64,000 bases of DNA from a virus. A program made the translations under genes and the position numbers. This document shows positions 19,169 to 29,331 of the stretch, in pieces; positions within the stretch are counted from its first letter, which is position 1; the number at the start of each line of letters is the position of its first letter. The notes under the pieces were generated by a model. That model worked only from the letters and a program-made list of their open reading frames with translations. It was not told the origin of the DNA and did no database searches. Location of the stretch: IMG/VR virus record IMGVR_UViG_3300042462_000689; one strand, 5' to 3'.

Positions 19169-19906
19169 ATGAGATGCGAACTACTTCAATTGCTGGTCAA
19201 TGGTGATGTTCCCGCGAGTCCGTGGTTTACGCCAGTCACCCCATTTGACCCTGTGACTGCCTCCGAGGAGGCGACGGCGGTTCGGGACCTCCTGAAGATC
19301 ACCGACGCCACCTCGGACTATTTTGCAATGAGCGTGCTGCGGTGTCTGGTAGGCACTCCGACATTGCTGCATGAATTCGGAATTGAGTCTGCTACGTCAA
19401 TGGCGTGGCAGCTCTACCGCAATCCGCGACTGCAGCTTCCGCAGACCATCACATTGATGCCCGACAGGAACGGCGCACCGGAAGCAAACAGGCAGGTGTC
19501 CGACTGGCCTGTGTCTGTAGATTTTCAATTGCTATGCGTCGAGCCGAAGGCCGCGCGTATTTCCTGCGGCGGCCGATCGGAGCAAGTGCATGCGTTCTTT
19601 ACCAATGAGGACCTGTTTGTGGAATGGCCTTCCTGGGTTGGACTCAAAGGGGCATTGCGGTTCCTGGACGGCGTTAAGCACTGGACTCCCTCCTACGTCA
19701 TTGCGTTCAAAAACATCCCTGCCAATTATCCGACGAGGGCGGCATTGGCGGCCCTGCAAAAGACCACCGCGTGGCTGACGCTTCTTGAGAAACAGAACCT
19801 GCTTCAGCATTACATGGGTGCCGGTGTGGATGTGACAGAGCGGATGGCCCTGGTCGCGCTGGCTTTGATTCGGGACACCCGCATGCGTATTCCATATGAG
19901 CAGTAA
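19169..19906 (+). CDS. Hypothetical baseplate-region protein
   Basis: 245-aa ORF in tail operon. Confidence 0.55.
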   Translation: MRCELLQLLVNGDVPASPWFTPVTPFDPVTASEEATAVRDLLKITDATSDYFAMSVLRCLVGTPTLLHEFGIESATSMAWQLYRNPRLQLPQTITLMPDRNGAPEANRQVSDWPVSVDFQLLCVEPKAARISCGGRSEQVHAFFTNEDLFVEWPSWVGLKGALRFLDGVKHWTPSYVIAFKNIPANYPTRAALAALQKTTAWLTLLEKQNLLQHYMGAGVDVTERMALVALALIRDTRMRIPYEQ

Positions 19907-21413
19907 TATCTCATTCAGGGAGCCAAAGGTCAGCGGGGATGTGGGCGGAATCAAGCTGCGCATATCCGGAGCGCAGACGACGATGACGATCAATGAGATG
20001 CCGTCGTTGGCACTTTCTGTGCATCCGCAGGGAGTCAGATCAGGCGACCTGGTGGACCTGAGTTCTCCCGACATTACCAAATGGCTCGCCCAGAATCAGA
20101 CCCAGAAGTTCACGGACCTGACCACCGTCAATGTGTATCAGGATTCTGGATCCCGGAATTATCTGACTACCGCCGGGCTGCTCACGACGTCCGCTTACGA
20201 AGCGTCAAAAAGCTCATTTGAGGTGCATCTGGCACTGGCGACGAATGCGGCCTATTTGCAGGCTCTGCGCACCCACATTTACCGGACGGAGGGCAACGAG
20301 GCAAAGGACGACGATGAGCTGCTGCATGCGACCAGCATGGCGGAGATGTTCAGCCTGGTGCTCGACCGGCTGATCAAAAAATGGATTGAGAAGGCGAACG
20401 CGCGGACTGTCACAATGGCAAAGCTGGACGCGAAGATTATGGATCAGATGCATGCAATCAACGAGCAGCACAAGACCAAATGGCAGCGTCTGTTCAGCGA
20501 CAGCACGGCAACCACCAAGCTGCCGTTTATGCCGGACATGACGCAGGACATAAATGAGAAGATTCAGGATACCATCCGACAGGTGTTTCTGACGCAGGGA
20601 CGGGATTTCTTTCAGCAGATCCTGACGCTCTGCGAAATGTTTAACCTGCTCTATATTCCCGACGTCGGGGGAACAGACGCACCCTATGGGCGTTTAATCT
20701 CAAAGGACGCGGTGATGGGAGAGACTGCGCCCGGTATTATTTCTGCGACCCATTTCACATCCAGGCTTGGGGCCTACGATGTGGTGCCCCTGGCTGCCGT
20801 GGTGGTCGTCGGGCAGGGCACGGAGAATGTGAAGGAGTCCGGGTCGGATAAAGGAATGCCAACGGCCCCGGTGTATGCTACGTGGCCGAATCCGCTGCCG
20901 GAAAAATCAAACGGGCGATTCGAGCAAATCCCATTGCCCGTCTGGTTGCCTGCCATTTACGGTCCGTTGGATATGGATGACGCGGTCAAGGAGGCCAACG
21001 CGATGGGGTTGGATGCGAATGAATACATGCGCACAAAACACAAGCCGCGCAAAGACAGCATGGATAAGCAGCAGACGGCGCAGAGGAGCATCCTGGCGTG
21101 GTGGGCTCGGCTTGCGTATTTGGACATAGCCTTGGGACGGGATACGCTGAGCCTGGACATTCCGTTGGATTTTAGGGCGCAGCTCGGATACCGATATGCT
21201 GTGACCGACCGCAACAAGAAGAAGATGTTTACTGGCTTCCTGGCACACATCGCGCATTCCGTGGTGGTGGGTGAGGACAGCGAGAAATCCGCAACCGGCG
21301 ACGCCACCACCAGCCTCGTGTTCACGCATGTGGAATGTGAGGGGTTCGTGCTGCCCAACAAGGGCGCTCCATTTAATGCATTGCCGAAGCCACCGGAGAT
21401 CGCCAAAGAATAG
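19896..21413 (+). CDS. Baseplate hub protein (gp27/VgrG N-terminal-like)
   Basis: 505 aa; C-terminal LDIPLDFRAQLGYRY...FTGFLAHIAHSV...TTSLVFTHV pattern typical of hub proteins. Confidence 0.55.
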   Translation: MSSNISFREPKVSGDVGGIKLRISGAQTTMTINEMPSLALSVHPQGVRSGDLVDLSSPDITKWLAQNQTQKFTDLTTVNVYQDSGSRNYLTTAGLLTTSAYEASKSSFEVHLALATNAAYLQALRTHIYRTEGNEAKDDDELLHATSMAEMFSLVLDRLIKKWIEKANARTVTMAKLDAKIMDQMHAINEQHKTKWQRLFSDSTATTKLPFMPDMTQDINEKIQDTIRQVFLTQGRDFFQQILTLCEMFNLLYIPDVGGTDAPYGRLISKDAVMGETAPGIISATHFTSRLGAYDVVPLAAVVVVGQGTENVKESGSDKGMPTAPVYATWPNPLPEKSNGRFEQIPLPVWLPAIYGPLDMDDAVKEANAMGLDANEYMRTKHKPRKDSMDKQQTAQRSILAWWARLAYLDIALGRDTLSLDIPLDFRAQLGYRYAVTDRNKKKMFTGFLAHIAHSVVVGEDSEKSATGDATTSLVFTHVECEGFVLPNKGAPFNALPKPPEIAKE

Positions 21414-21415
21414 CC

Positions 21416-24406
21416 ATGACTGATCCACGCGACATCGAAAGGGCCAAGCGCCGCAACCTGAATCCTGGGTGCGCAGTTCCGGCTGCAGTTCCGGCGACCG
21501 CCATCACACCACCCACGCGGCCCGTATCGAATTGCGACGTACCTCCTGCCATTGCCGCGGATGCTTTCGACACCCCCGGAGCCACGGTCACCGCAACAGA
21601 CATCTCCACTGACATCCCGCTGATTCATATCACCAGCGCGGCCGTCACGGTCAATTGCTCCGATGTGGAGGGGGCCGGTCCGGTGGGTGAGTCCGTCACG
21701 ATAAATGCCGGGCAGATCGCCAGGGATATTTCCTGGCATTCATTTGCGGGAATCTCAGCGTCGCAACTGGCATTCATCGCCACGCTCAATCCGCTGGACG
21801 TTACCACAATTCTCACGCAATCCACGGCGGAGGCCGTCGCCGGCGCGTTCCGCCTGGCCTTGGAGCAGGCGGTCATTGCGCGGACGGCAGCCCTGACAGC
21901 CCTTGCCGCTGCCAATGCACAGGCCCGCGCCATTGCGGTCGCAACCCTGACTTGCGGATGGGTCAATGAACGGCAGGAGACCAATTGTGCCGCGGGCGCC
22001 TATCGCACGCCGGAAGATCCCGACCACGTTGCCATCAATCCCTCCGTCATTTCCGCAGGCTCCTCGTTCTCCACGCAGAGTCAGAACACGGCAAATGCGC
22101 AGGCCTTGGCTGCCGCTTTTTCTGCCATGGTGTGCGTGTATCCGAACACGGAGCAGACCGTCACGTGTCTGGATGCTGGGTTTGGGGAGGAAGTTCCGGT
22201 GGATGCTACGCCGTGGCCTGCACTCGACCAGATGCGAGTTGGGATAATCACCGTGCCGGCTGGTCGGGTCCTGTCCTCGGATTCCGCCGCAGACGCTGAT
22301 CAGCAAGCCCGCGCGCTGGGTCTCTCGCAGCTTTCCTGTTTCGCCATCAATGAGTTCGTCAAGGTGAGCTGCAGCGCGAGCGGAAAGCCAGGCACAGACG
22401 ACACCATTGTCAGCGATTTGACTTTGGGAATCCCCGGCAATTCCGTTGAGGTTCCGCAAGGATACCTGACCTCCACGACTTCCACCGCGGACGCAAATGC
22501 ATTGGCCCATGCGTTGGCCATGTCCCTGCTCCAATGCCGATGGACCAATTCCGAGATTGTCGTACAGTGCCCCGTTCAATCCGTGCCGGATCCGCGTAAT
22601 CCAGGAGCCACCGTGCTTTTGGATCCCTCGGACAAATCGCCAGGCATCCAGTTTCAAATGGCGGCCGGATCTTACTACTCCGAGGTGTCCCAGGTGGACG
22701 CAGACCAGCAGGCCATGGATGCTGCGCTGGCGCAATTGAACTGCATGTACTGCAACCAGGACATCGCTCCGACCTGCGTGCCGGAGGGAATTGCCCAGCA
22801 GGTGCGGGAGGGTGTCATCCCATTGCCCATCCCCGCGGCGATGGTCACCTCGGCCTGGTCCTCAGATGCCACGCTGGGCCTGGCGGCCAACACCTACTGC
22901 GACACGGACGCCTCGGTGGTGGAGATGACGGCCGGAAGCGCTCTGGTGGTGCCTGCTGCAATTCCCACCAACGACTGCAAATACGGCAACGATGCACAGA
23001 CCCTGCACTGCCCATCCGGGATGGTTGCCGCAGGGGCGGAGGATTTGTCGGGCGTGTTCATCGTTCCCGTCGGTACTTTTGTCGTGTCCGTGGCGGATGT
23101 GCCGCCCACGTTCCGACCTGGGGAGACGGATAGGGAAAAGGCCTTTGCGAATGCGCAGGCCGCGGCGTTCGGTATTTCCACCCTGGCTTGCAGCTTCCAG
23201 AACGCAGCACGCTCATTTACCTGCTCGCAGGACAAGGGGATGCCCCACGTGCATCCGAACTCGCTTGGTTTGGATTCCGCCCCCTTGGTAATTCCAGCGG
23301 GGCAGTTTACCTCCCTGAACTCCCAAGCCGAGGTCGACGCCGAGACTCAGGCTTACGGCATGTCCCAATTGCTGTGCTTTTACATGAACCGACGGATGAC
23401 GGTTCTCTGTGGGGACTCTCCCGCCGATGAATTCCGTGGCGGGGGATACAGCGACACAGGTGATCGGATCGCAATCACATACGGCACCGGGTCCATGACC
23501 CCGAAAGACGGCAGCTCACCAAAGGTCGCCGTGGATGCGCAGTCTATGGGCGCTGTGGGAAATCCTGTGCAGGTGGAAGCGGATACGATCCTGGACTGGC
23601 ACAGCCAGCGTGACGCGGATCAGGCGGCGCTTACGCTGGGTCTGAATTCCTTGAATTGTTTTTGGTCGAACGTGGACGTGCGCGTGACTTGCGGCGCCCC
23701 CGCGCAAATGCCGTGGGTGCCAGGCAATGCACTGGGCGCTCCCATCTCCGTCGGGCTGGGAATATCGGCCATCGGACATGTGCCCGCAGGTGCTTTCATC
23801 AGCGATATATCAATCAAGGCCGCATCATCCACAGCCTACGCCGTGGCCTATGGGATACCGGATTGTTTTAATTTCGGGAATGAGTTTGATTTGGGATTGG
23901 TGGGTAATGATGAATATGTAGCCGGCGATTGCGGGGAAGGTCGTCACAGTGTCGGGATGATGAACGTCCCCAAGAACACCTTCAAGGCCTCTACGAAAAC
24001 CGCCGCCGATAAAATGGCCACCGACTTCATCGAGGCCAACACCATCTGCGAAGCGAATGCCGCCAGCGCAGGCAATACGGAGCAGTCGCCCGCTGCCTGC
24101 ACCCCGATCTACCTCGGCTACGGTGTATTCTCAAATAGCCACCGTGTCGGATTGACCAAAATTCCCGCCGGCACCTTCAAGGCCGACACTGTAGCGGAGG
24201 CCGACACGCTGGCCTCGGATTTTCTCTTGGCCAACACCAGCTGTGAAGCGGATGTCACCGTGGATGTGCTCGTGGATTTGCGGTTGTCGGGCGGAAAGCT
24301 GCAGGGGAAATACAAAACGGTGACTGTGGCCGCTTCGGTGGCTGCCTCGCCCGAATGGAGAGATATGGTCACGACGATGACCAGCTCTCCCGCAACATGC
24401 CCATAA
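21416..24406 (+). CDS. Repeat-rich fibre/adhesin-like protein with ~12 DUF5977-like Cys-bounded units
   Basis: Units N-x5-6-C...VPAG-x2-S-x2-S-x2-(D/A)A(D/N)-x2-A...L-x-C repeated along 996 aa. Confidence 0.65.
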   Translation: MTDPRDIERAKRRNLNPGCAVPAAVPATAITPPTRPVSNCDVPPAIAADAFDTPGATVTATDISTDIPLIHITSAAVTVNCSDVEGAGPVGESVTINAGQIARDISWHSFAGISASQLAFIATLNPLDVTTILTQSTAEAVAGAFRLALEQAVIARTAALTALAAANAQARAIAVATLTCGWVNERQETNCAAGAYRTPEDPDHVAINPSVISAGSSFSTQSQNTANAQALAAAFSAMVCVYPNTEQTVTCLDAGFGEEVPVDATPWPALDQMRVGIITVPAGRVLSSDSAADADQQARALGLSQLSCFAINEFVKVSCSASGKPGTDDTIVSDLTLGIPGNSVEVPQGYLTSTTSTADANALAHALAMSLLQCRWTNSEIVVQCPVQSVPDPRNPGATVLLDPSDKSPGIQFQMAAGSYYSEVSQVDADQQAMDAALAQLNCMYCNQDIAPTCVPEGIAQQVREGVIPLPIPAAMVTSAWSSDATLGLAANTYCDTDASVVEMTAGSALVVPAAIPTNDCKYGNDAQTLHCPSGMVAAGAEDLSGVFIVPVGTFVVSVADVPPTFRPGETDREKAFANAQAAAFGISTLACSFQNAARSFTCSQDKGMPHVHPNSLGLDSAPLVIPAGQFTSLNSQAEVDAETQAYGMSQLLCFYMNRRMTVLCGDSPADEFRGGGYSDTGDRIAITYGTGSMTPKDGSSPKVAVDAQSMGAVGNPVQVEADTILDWHSQRDADQAALTLGLNSLNCFWSNVDVRVTCGAPAQMPWVPGNALGAPISVGLGISAIGHVPAGAFISDISIKAASSTAYAVAYGIPDCFNFGNEFDLGLVGNDEYVAGDCGEGRHSVGMMNVPKNTFKASTKTAADKMATDFIEANTICEANAASAGNTEQSPAACTPIYLGYGVFSNSHRVGLTKIPAGTFKADTVAEADTLASDFLLANTSCEADVTVDVLVDLRLSGGKLQGKYKTVTVAASVAASPEWRDMVTTMTSSPATCP

Positions 24407-24409
24407 GAC

Positions 24410-24985
24410 ATGCCCCTAGCAAAGCTACTGACGAATTGTGCCGGGACATCCCTTTTGACGAATTGCTCAGGCAACTCTCTGCTAAAGAACTGCCCGAAGA
24501 TGGAGATTCGCTACACATGGACTGGTTCCGCCGGCAGTCCCGGCAGTCCCGGCAGTCCCGGTCACGGTGCGGATTTATTTACAGAAACCACGTTCTTGGG
24601 CACTTCCTTGGGTTGGTATGCTTACGGAAACAGTGCTGGTTACTTAACTTGGAATCCCTACGAGACAGCGTATTCAGGCGGGTATGAGAAATGCACCGTC
24701 GATGTAGAAAAATCATACGAAGATGGAGCGTGGGGGGCAGCAACCGCAACAATAGATCTCAAAGCGGATTGGTGGTCTGGGAATTTTCCGCCCTACTCTC
24801 CTAACGGACTAGCTGGAGACTCGCTGACGATAACGGCGGCTTACAACGGCGTAACTCGGACACTAATAATCAACCCTAGTGCAATAACAGTGCTTGGTGA
24901 TTTCGTTATCGGCCCTGTTTCAATGATCGTGACCCACGTTGGCACCATCACGATTGACTCTGATGGAAACTTCACTCTCGTGTAA
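24410..24985 (+). CDS. Possible fibre tip / receptor-binding module
   Basis: 191 aa, AT-richer codons than neighbours, aromatic/beta-rich; LLxNC x3 N-terminus; GSP repeats. Confidence 0.45.
   Translation: MPLAKLLTNCAGTSLLTNCSGNSLLKNCPKMEIRYTWTGSAGSPGSPGSPGHGADLFTETTFLGTSLGWYAYGNSAGYLTWNPYETAYSGGYEKCTVDVEKSYEDGAWGAATATIDLKADWWSGNFPPYSPNGLAGDSLTITAAYNGVTRTLIINPSAITVLGDFVIGPVSMIVTHVGTITIDSDGNFTLV
24532..24558 (+). repeat. In-frame 9-bp tandem repeat (CGGCAGTCC x3, encodes GSP)
   Basis: Three perfect copies read directly. Confidence 0.9.
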
Positions 24986-25070
24986 CACGAGAGCCATGTT
25001 CTCCTGCCATCAGGATTGGGAATTTAGAATCCGGAGTTGCCAATTGCGCGCCGTGCGGTAAAAAACTTCC

Positions 25071-25862
25071 ATGCATATTGAAACCTTCCTGCTGATTGCG
25101 GTGCTGGCGTCCAGTCTCGGTTGCCTGCTCTTTTACATCCTGACCGTGTGGAATCACACCACCATGCCGCTGCGGCTGTGCAAAGCCGCCGCTGCTATCA
25201 CCGACTCGCACATGTATGGTGTGCGGCACACCCAGACCCGAAAGGATTGGCAATTCTGGCTGCTGGCTTACGCGCCGGCCTGGTTTTCAGAATGGGCGCT
25301 ATGCCACATTTGCCAATCGCCGTGGTGGACCGCACTGCTCTACCTGCCGACTGCGGTCATTTTTGCGGTGATGGGGATTCCATTGCTGCCACTGCTGCCC
25401 GCGGCATGCCTCAGCCTCGGGCTGGGGCTCTGGTTGTATCGTGCAACGTCGCAACCGGAATCCCCCACCCCCAATCAAGTTGCTGCGGCAGCTCCGCCGC
25501 AAATGGCGGAAATGGCGGAAAAGGAAATTGAGCCGCCCGCGCCTGAATTGCACATCGAGGAAAAGCCGTCTGCCCGGCTCGCCCAATACCAGCAGGCTTA
25601 TGGATTGCGGATGATCAAGACCGGCAACGGCACGACCATCGACCCAACTTCCATCACCGATGAGTATAAAAAGATGACTCTGTTTTTCTCAGACGACACA
25701 CCCTGCTGGTTTGCAGGCTGCGAGGAATTGCGCGCCAGGTATGCGGCGGAGACAAAAAAGGGAGATGCGAAATGCGAAGGCTGCGAGCTGGCACATGTGT
25801 ATCGGAAGTACGCATTGCTGGCGCTACATGCGGTCCGCGAATCCAATGCCGCAACCAATTGA
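25071..25862 (+). CDS. Membrane protein (DUF1360-like N-terminus) with Cys-rich C-terminus
   Basis: Three hydrophobic segments; CHICQSPWW motif; C-terminal CWFAGC...CEGC. Confidence 0.55.
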   Translation: MHIETFLLIAVLASSLGCLLFYILTVWNHTTMPLRLCKAAAAITDSHMYGVRHTQTRKDWQFWLLAYAPAWFSEWALCHICQSPWWTALLYLPTAVIFAVMGIPLLPLLPAACLSLGLGLWLYRATSQPESPTPNQVAAAAPPQMAEMAEKEIEPPAPELHIEEKPSARLAQYQQAYGLRMIKTGNGTTIDPTSITDEYKKMTLFFSDDTPCWFAGCEELRARYAAETKKGDAKCEGCELAHVYRKYALLALHAVRESNAATN

Positions 25863-26028
25863 CATTCCCGGATTGCAGATGCCTGCCAATTTGCGGCAGC
25901 GCATGGAGTTCGAACTGCATGAACTTAAATTGCGCAGCCGGGCTGGTTGCGGAGATTGCGGCGGTGAGATGTCTGCGGTCGTTCGCAAATATCAGCGGCT
26001 GGCGGCGATTGCCGCAAAGCCCAAGTAG
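25846..26028 (+). CDS. Small CxxC protein
   Basis: 60 aa from ATG 25846 (MPQPIDIPG...GCGDCGGEMSAVVRKY), overlapping upstream stop. Confidence 0.5.
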   Translation: MPQPIDIPGLQMPANLRQRMEFELHELKLRSRAGCGDCGGEMSAVVRKYQRLAAIAAKPK

Positions 26029-26043
26029 TGGTATCGTCCTCTG

Positions 26044-26802
26044 GTGACTGCGCCAAATCCCAGCGAAGATGACAAGCCATTAAAGGAGCCGCCTCCCCAC
26101 ATGGCTGCGCATGCTGCGTGGATGGCTGACGCCTCGCCCACCAATCTGTCTGCGACGGTGAAGCATTTGGAACCTACCATTCAGGGGGTGTTGCGTTCCA
26201 TGAATGCCGCCCAGGATCCAGCCCTGACTCTGCAGGCGCGCATCCTCACATCCCGCGCCGTCAAATCCTACGACCCAACCTACGGGGCCGCGCTGCCCAC
26301 GTGGGTGTCCCAGCAATTGCAGCCCCTGCGTAGGTTTCGCCGGATGAACCTGGCGCATCCGGTCCATGTGCCTGAGAAGATCCAATTGGACGCCTTTCAT
26401 CTGATGCAGTCCGAGAATGAGCTGCGCGATTCCCTTGGTCGCGATCCGGACGTCGAAGAGTTGGCGGACCATTCCAAATTGCCCGTGCACCGAATTGCAG
26501 GCATCCGCAAATCTTTCCGGCGGATGGCCTCGCAATCTTCCTTCGGGGAGAATGCGGCAATGCCCTCGGACACCCAGTCCGATCATTCCGATGAGGCGCT
26601 GCACTACGTGCACCATGAATCCGATCTGATTGACCGGAAGATTCTGGAGATGAAAACCGGGTATGGCGGAGCCCACGAGCCGATGCTTCCGCATGAGATT
26701 GCTAGAAAGCTAAACCTGTCCCCGGTGCAATTGAGCCGGCGGTCGGCCAAGCTGGCCACCAAGCTGGAGGAATTGAGGACCGCACTGCAAACCGTCAATT
26801 AA
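26044..26802 (+). CDS. Sigma-70 family sigma factor (FliA/SigF-like)
   Basis: Region 2 (RAVKSYDPTYGAALPTWVSQQL), region 3 (GRDPDVEELAD), region 4 HTH (PHEIARKLNLSPVQLSR). Confidence 0.75.
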   Translation: MTAPNPSEDDKPLKEPPPHMAAHAAWMADASPTNLSATVKHLEPTIQGVLRSMNAAQDPALTLQARILTSRAVKSYDPTYGAALPTWVSQQLQPLRRFRRMNLAHPVHVPEKIQLDAFHLMQSENELRDSLGRDPDVEELADHSKLPVHRIAGIRKSFRRMASQSSFGENAAMPSDTQSDHSDEALHYVHHESDLIDRKILEMKTGYGGAHEPMLPHEIARKLNLSPVQLSRRSAKLATKLEELRTALQTVN

Positions 26803-26806
26803 CCCG

Positions 26807-27157
26807 ATGTTCGCCGACACCACCCGCATCAATCGCGATTCACGATTCCCTGCCATGCAGGGGATTCTGGACGTGCTCAAGCAGAAGGAAAGCCTGCCGA
26901 TGGCCAGCGAGGCCTTCGCGGATTTCGATCTGAAAGAGTTGCAGTCGGAAGTGGAGGCGCAGAATGAAACGGCGCAGAATGCCGACACGCTGCAAGCCGC
27001 GGTCGAGCAATTGAAGCTGATTCACGTGGCAGCACTGAAGCGCGATTTGGATTATGCCAATGTGCGGCGTCGCAAGCTCTACGCGCTCGGGTATCATGAT
27101 GCCATGCTCCGCACCTACCGGCCTTCCCGAATCGCCAACATCTTCGGTTTCAAATGA
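26807..27157 (+). CDS. Hypothetical protein
   Basis: 116-aa helical ORF coupled to the next gene. Confidence 0.55.
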   Translation: MFADTTRINRDSRFPAMQGILDVLKQKESLPMASEAFADFDLKELQSEVEAQNETAQNADTLQAAVEQLKLIHVAALKRDLDYANVRRRKLYALGYHDAMLRTYRPSRIANIFGFK

Positions 27158-27546
27158 GGGGACTCCGACTCACATTCTCACAGGAAGGACCCATCAGCTT
27201 GAACGGCGATGCGGTGACGGATCTGGAGTGCATCCAGCAGAACGCGCTGGTCAATATCGGCACATCCAAGGGCAGCGACGCCATCTTTCCGGATAAAGGC
27301 ACCGACCTTTTCAAGGCCGCGGTAGGTGGTGTCATCTACGACATCCAGAGCGCACAGCACGCCGCCAATTTTGCCGCTCTCGACACCGTCACATTTTTGC
27401 GCGATCACGAATACGCATCGCAAAGCCAGAGCACCCTGGAAACATTGCAATTGAACCTCCGCGTCATTGAGGTTGGCCGCCTGCAATTTCAGGCCAGCAT
27501 GGTATTCAGCAACGGCGTGACCTCGGCCACGCAAACCTCACTTTAA
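27154..27546 (+). CDS. Baseplate wedge protein gp25-like
   Basis: 130 aa; GSDAIFPDKGTDL matches gp25/GPW motif; directly upstream of baseplate J. Confidence 0.65.
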   Translation: MRGLRLTFSQEGPISLNGDAVTDLECIQQNALVNIGTSKGSDAIFPDKGTDLFKAAVGGVIYDIQSAQHAANFAALDTVTFLRDHEYASQSQSTLETLQLNLRVIEVGRLQFQASMVFSNGVTSATQTSL

Positions 27547-27549
27547 GCA

Positions 27550-29331
27550 ATGGCGACAATACCCACTTCCGTCTGGCAACCCGATTTGATTTCCACCTAC
27601 TTCCCTGCATTGGGTGAGATGTCCACCGTGGCGCTGGCCTCCGCGCGTGCCCGCATTCAGAGCTACCTGCTCGTCGGGTGGCCGGATGTGGACATGCGCC
27701 CCGGCTCGGTCATTGGGGATTTGGTATTGGGTCCGTTTGCGCATCTCGTCGTCGCACTTGAAACATCCATGGGTCGGTTCATGTCCGATTTGGATTTCGA
27801 GCAGGTCGCCAGCGGCACGATCTTCAATTGTGAGTTCGTCACTGCCTTCCTGAAAAACTTCGCCGTGTATGAGCAGGATTCACTGAAGAGCACCGGCGTC
27901 ATCCGGCTGCTGTTCAATGCGGATGCGGAAGTCACCCTGGATCGTCGACTGCGATTTGCCATCGGAACGGGTACGTTCTCGATGCGGCTGCCGTTTCCTG
28001 GACAGATGCTGATTCGCCCCGTCGGCAATGCCATCACACCCGCGACCAACAGCCTCAACCTGGTGGACATCGGAGGCGGAGTTTACGCAGTGGACATTCA
28101 CGTCACCGGCACCATGGGGGCGCTGGTGACCCAGGGCGATTCAGCAACGCTCGACATGACCATCGCCGGATTGGTGAGCGCCGCGGCCGTCGTGGATTTT
28201 GAGGCCGGCAGTCCCGAGACATCCCTACCGACTCTGGCCACACAAGCACGCGAGCGGTTCTCCGCCAGCGCGCTGGTCACCCGCAATGCATCCGTCAATT
28301 ACCTGAAGCGGGAGTTTCCTGAACTGCGGGGCGTCAGCGTCACGCTCCCCGGAGATGCGGAAATGCTGCGGGCTTCTGTGAATGCGCTGGGCATTGCGGC
28401 ACCAGCGGCCGACATTTACGCCAAGTCCAGGGCGTGGGATTTCCACGACACGCAAGTCATTCGCGTTCCCTTCGTCACAACCCAGGGGGTGGTCTCGGTC
28501 AACCAGTTCATCACCCCGTTGTTGGTCTCGGGCAATCCGACGCTCGTGCGCAGCATTGTCAGCGTGGACGCGCCCTCGGTGATTATCACGCCAGGTGTTG
28601 AGTGCGACATCTACTCGCAGTCCTCGGACAGCGTAAAGGCCCCGCTGCTGACCTGCGCCGGCACCTCCCTTGAGCAGTTGTGGGCGGTGTTCCCGATGCC
28701 TCGCAATCCGACGACTGGTGTTGCTTTGGTTCCGCTGAACACGGAGGCCGACGGCTCCCAGTATGCCAATTTCAAAATCACCTACGTGCACGACCCTTTG
28801 CTGCAGCCGGTCGCCCAGCATCTCGACAACCCGGACGTCGCGCCGGTCAATTTTTCGGCCCTGGTTCGTCCTTTCATCCCGATCGTGCTTTCGCGGTTTG
28901 AGGTCGTCTACACCAAGCGCGCAGGCATGACCATGACCCTGGATGCCGCCAGGACCGAGATTTACAATTACCTGCGCGGTCTCTCCTACCCGGACGTGTA
29001 TTCGGATGCGAAGATCGGAGACGCCATGCTTTATGCTGGAGCCCAGGATGTGCGGGAAATTTCCATTGCCGGATCCCTGCAATGGAGCGCTGCCAACTAC
29101 GTGCTACCGGCGACTGCATCCACGCCAGTGGAGGATTTGGCTGCGGCCATCGCTGACCGCCGCGCCGCGCCCTCCGTCTTTGCCGGTTCCGCCGCAGGGC
29201 TGGTGATGGCCGCGCCATTTGTGGATCCGGTGCTCGGCACGGGCAGTGAGACATTTGCCACGGCGGGCTCCAGGAATATCACCCTGTTGCTGCAGCCTTC
29301 GACCATCACCTTCCGGGAGGAGCTGAGATAG
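27550..29331 (+). CDS. Baseplate J-like wedge protein
   Basis: PDVDMRPGSVIGDLVL N-terminus; AGSPETSLPTLATQARERFS motif. Confidence 0.75.
   Translation: MATIPTSVWQPDLISTYFPALGEMSTVALASARARIQSYLLVGWPDVDMRPGSVIGDLVLGPFAHLVVALETSMGRFMSDLDFEQVASGTIFNCEFVTAFLKNFAVYEQDSLKSTGVIRLLFNADAEVTLDRRLRFAIGTGTFSMRLPFPGQMLIRPVGNAITPATNSLNLVDIGGGVYAVDIHVTGTMGALVTQGDSATLDMTIAGLVSAAAVVDFEAGSPETSLPTLATQARERFSASALVTRNASVNYLKREFPELRGVSVTLPGDAEMLRASVNALGIAAPAADIYAKSRAWDFHDTQVIRVPFVTTQGVVSVNQFITPLLVSGNPTLVRSIVSVDAPSVIITPGVECDIYSQSSDSVKAPLLTCAGTSLEQLWAVFPMPRNPTTGVALVPLNTEADGSQYANFKITYVHDPLLQPVAQHLDNPDVAPVNFSALVRPFIPIVLSRFEVVYTKRAGMTMTLDAARTEIYNYLRGLSYPDVYSDAKIGDAMLYAGAQDVREISIAGSLQWSAANYVLPATASTPVEDLAAAIADRRAAPSVFAGSAAGLVMAAPFVDPVLGTGSETFATAGSRNITLLLQPSTITFREELR

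Noticed and set aside
24532-24558. Mini-CRISPR from the 9-bp repeat
   Set aside because: No spacers; in-frame coding microsatellite
24410-24985. Diversity-generating retroelement target
   Set aside because: No reverse transcriptase and no second near-identical template repeat in the window
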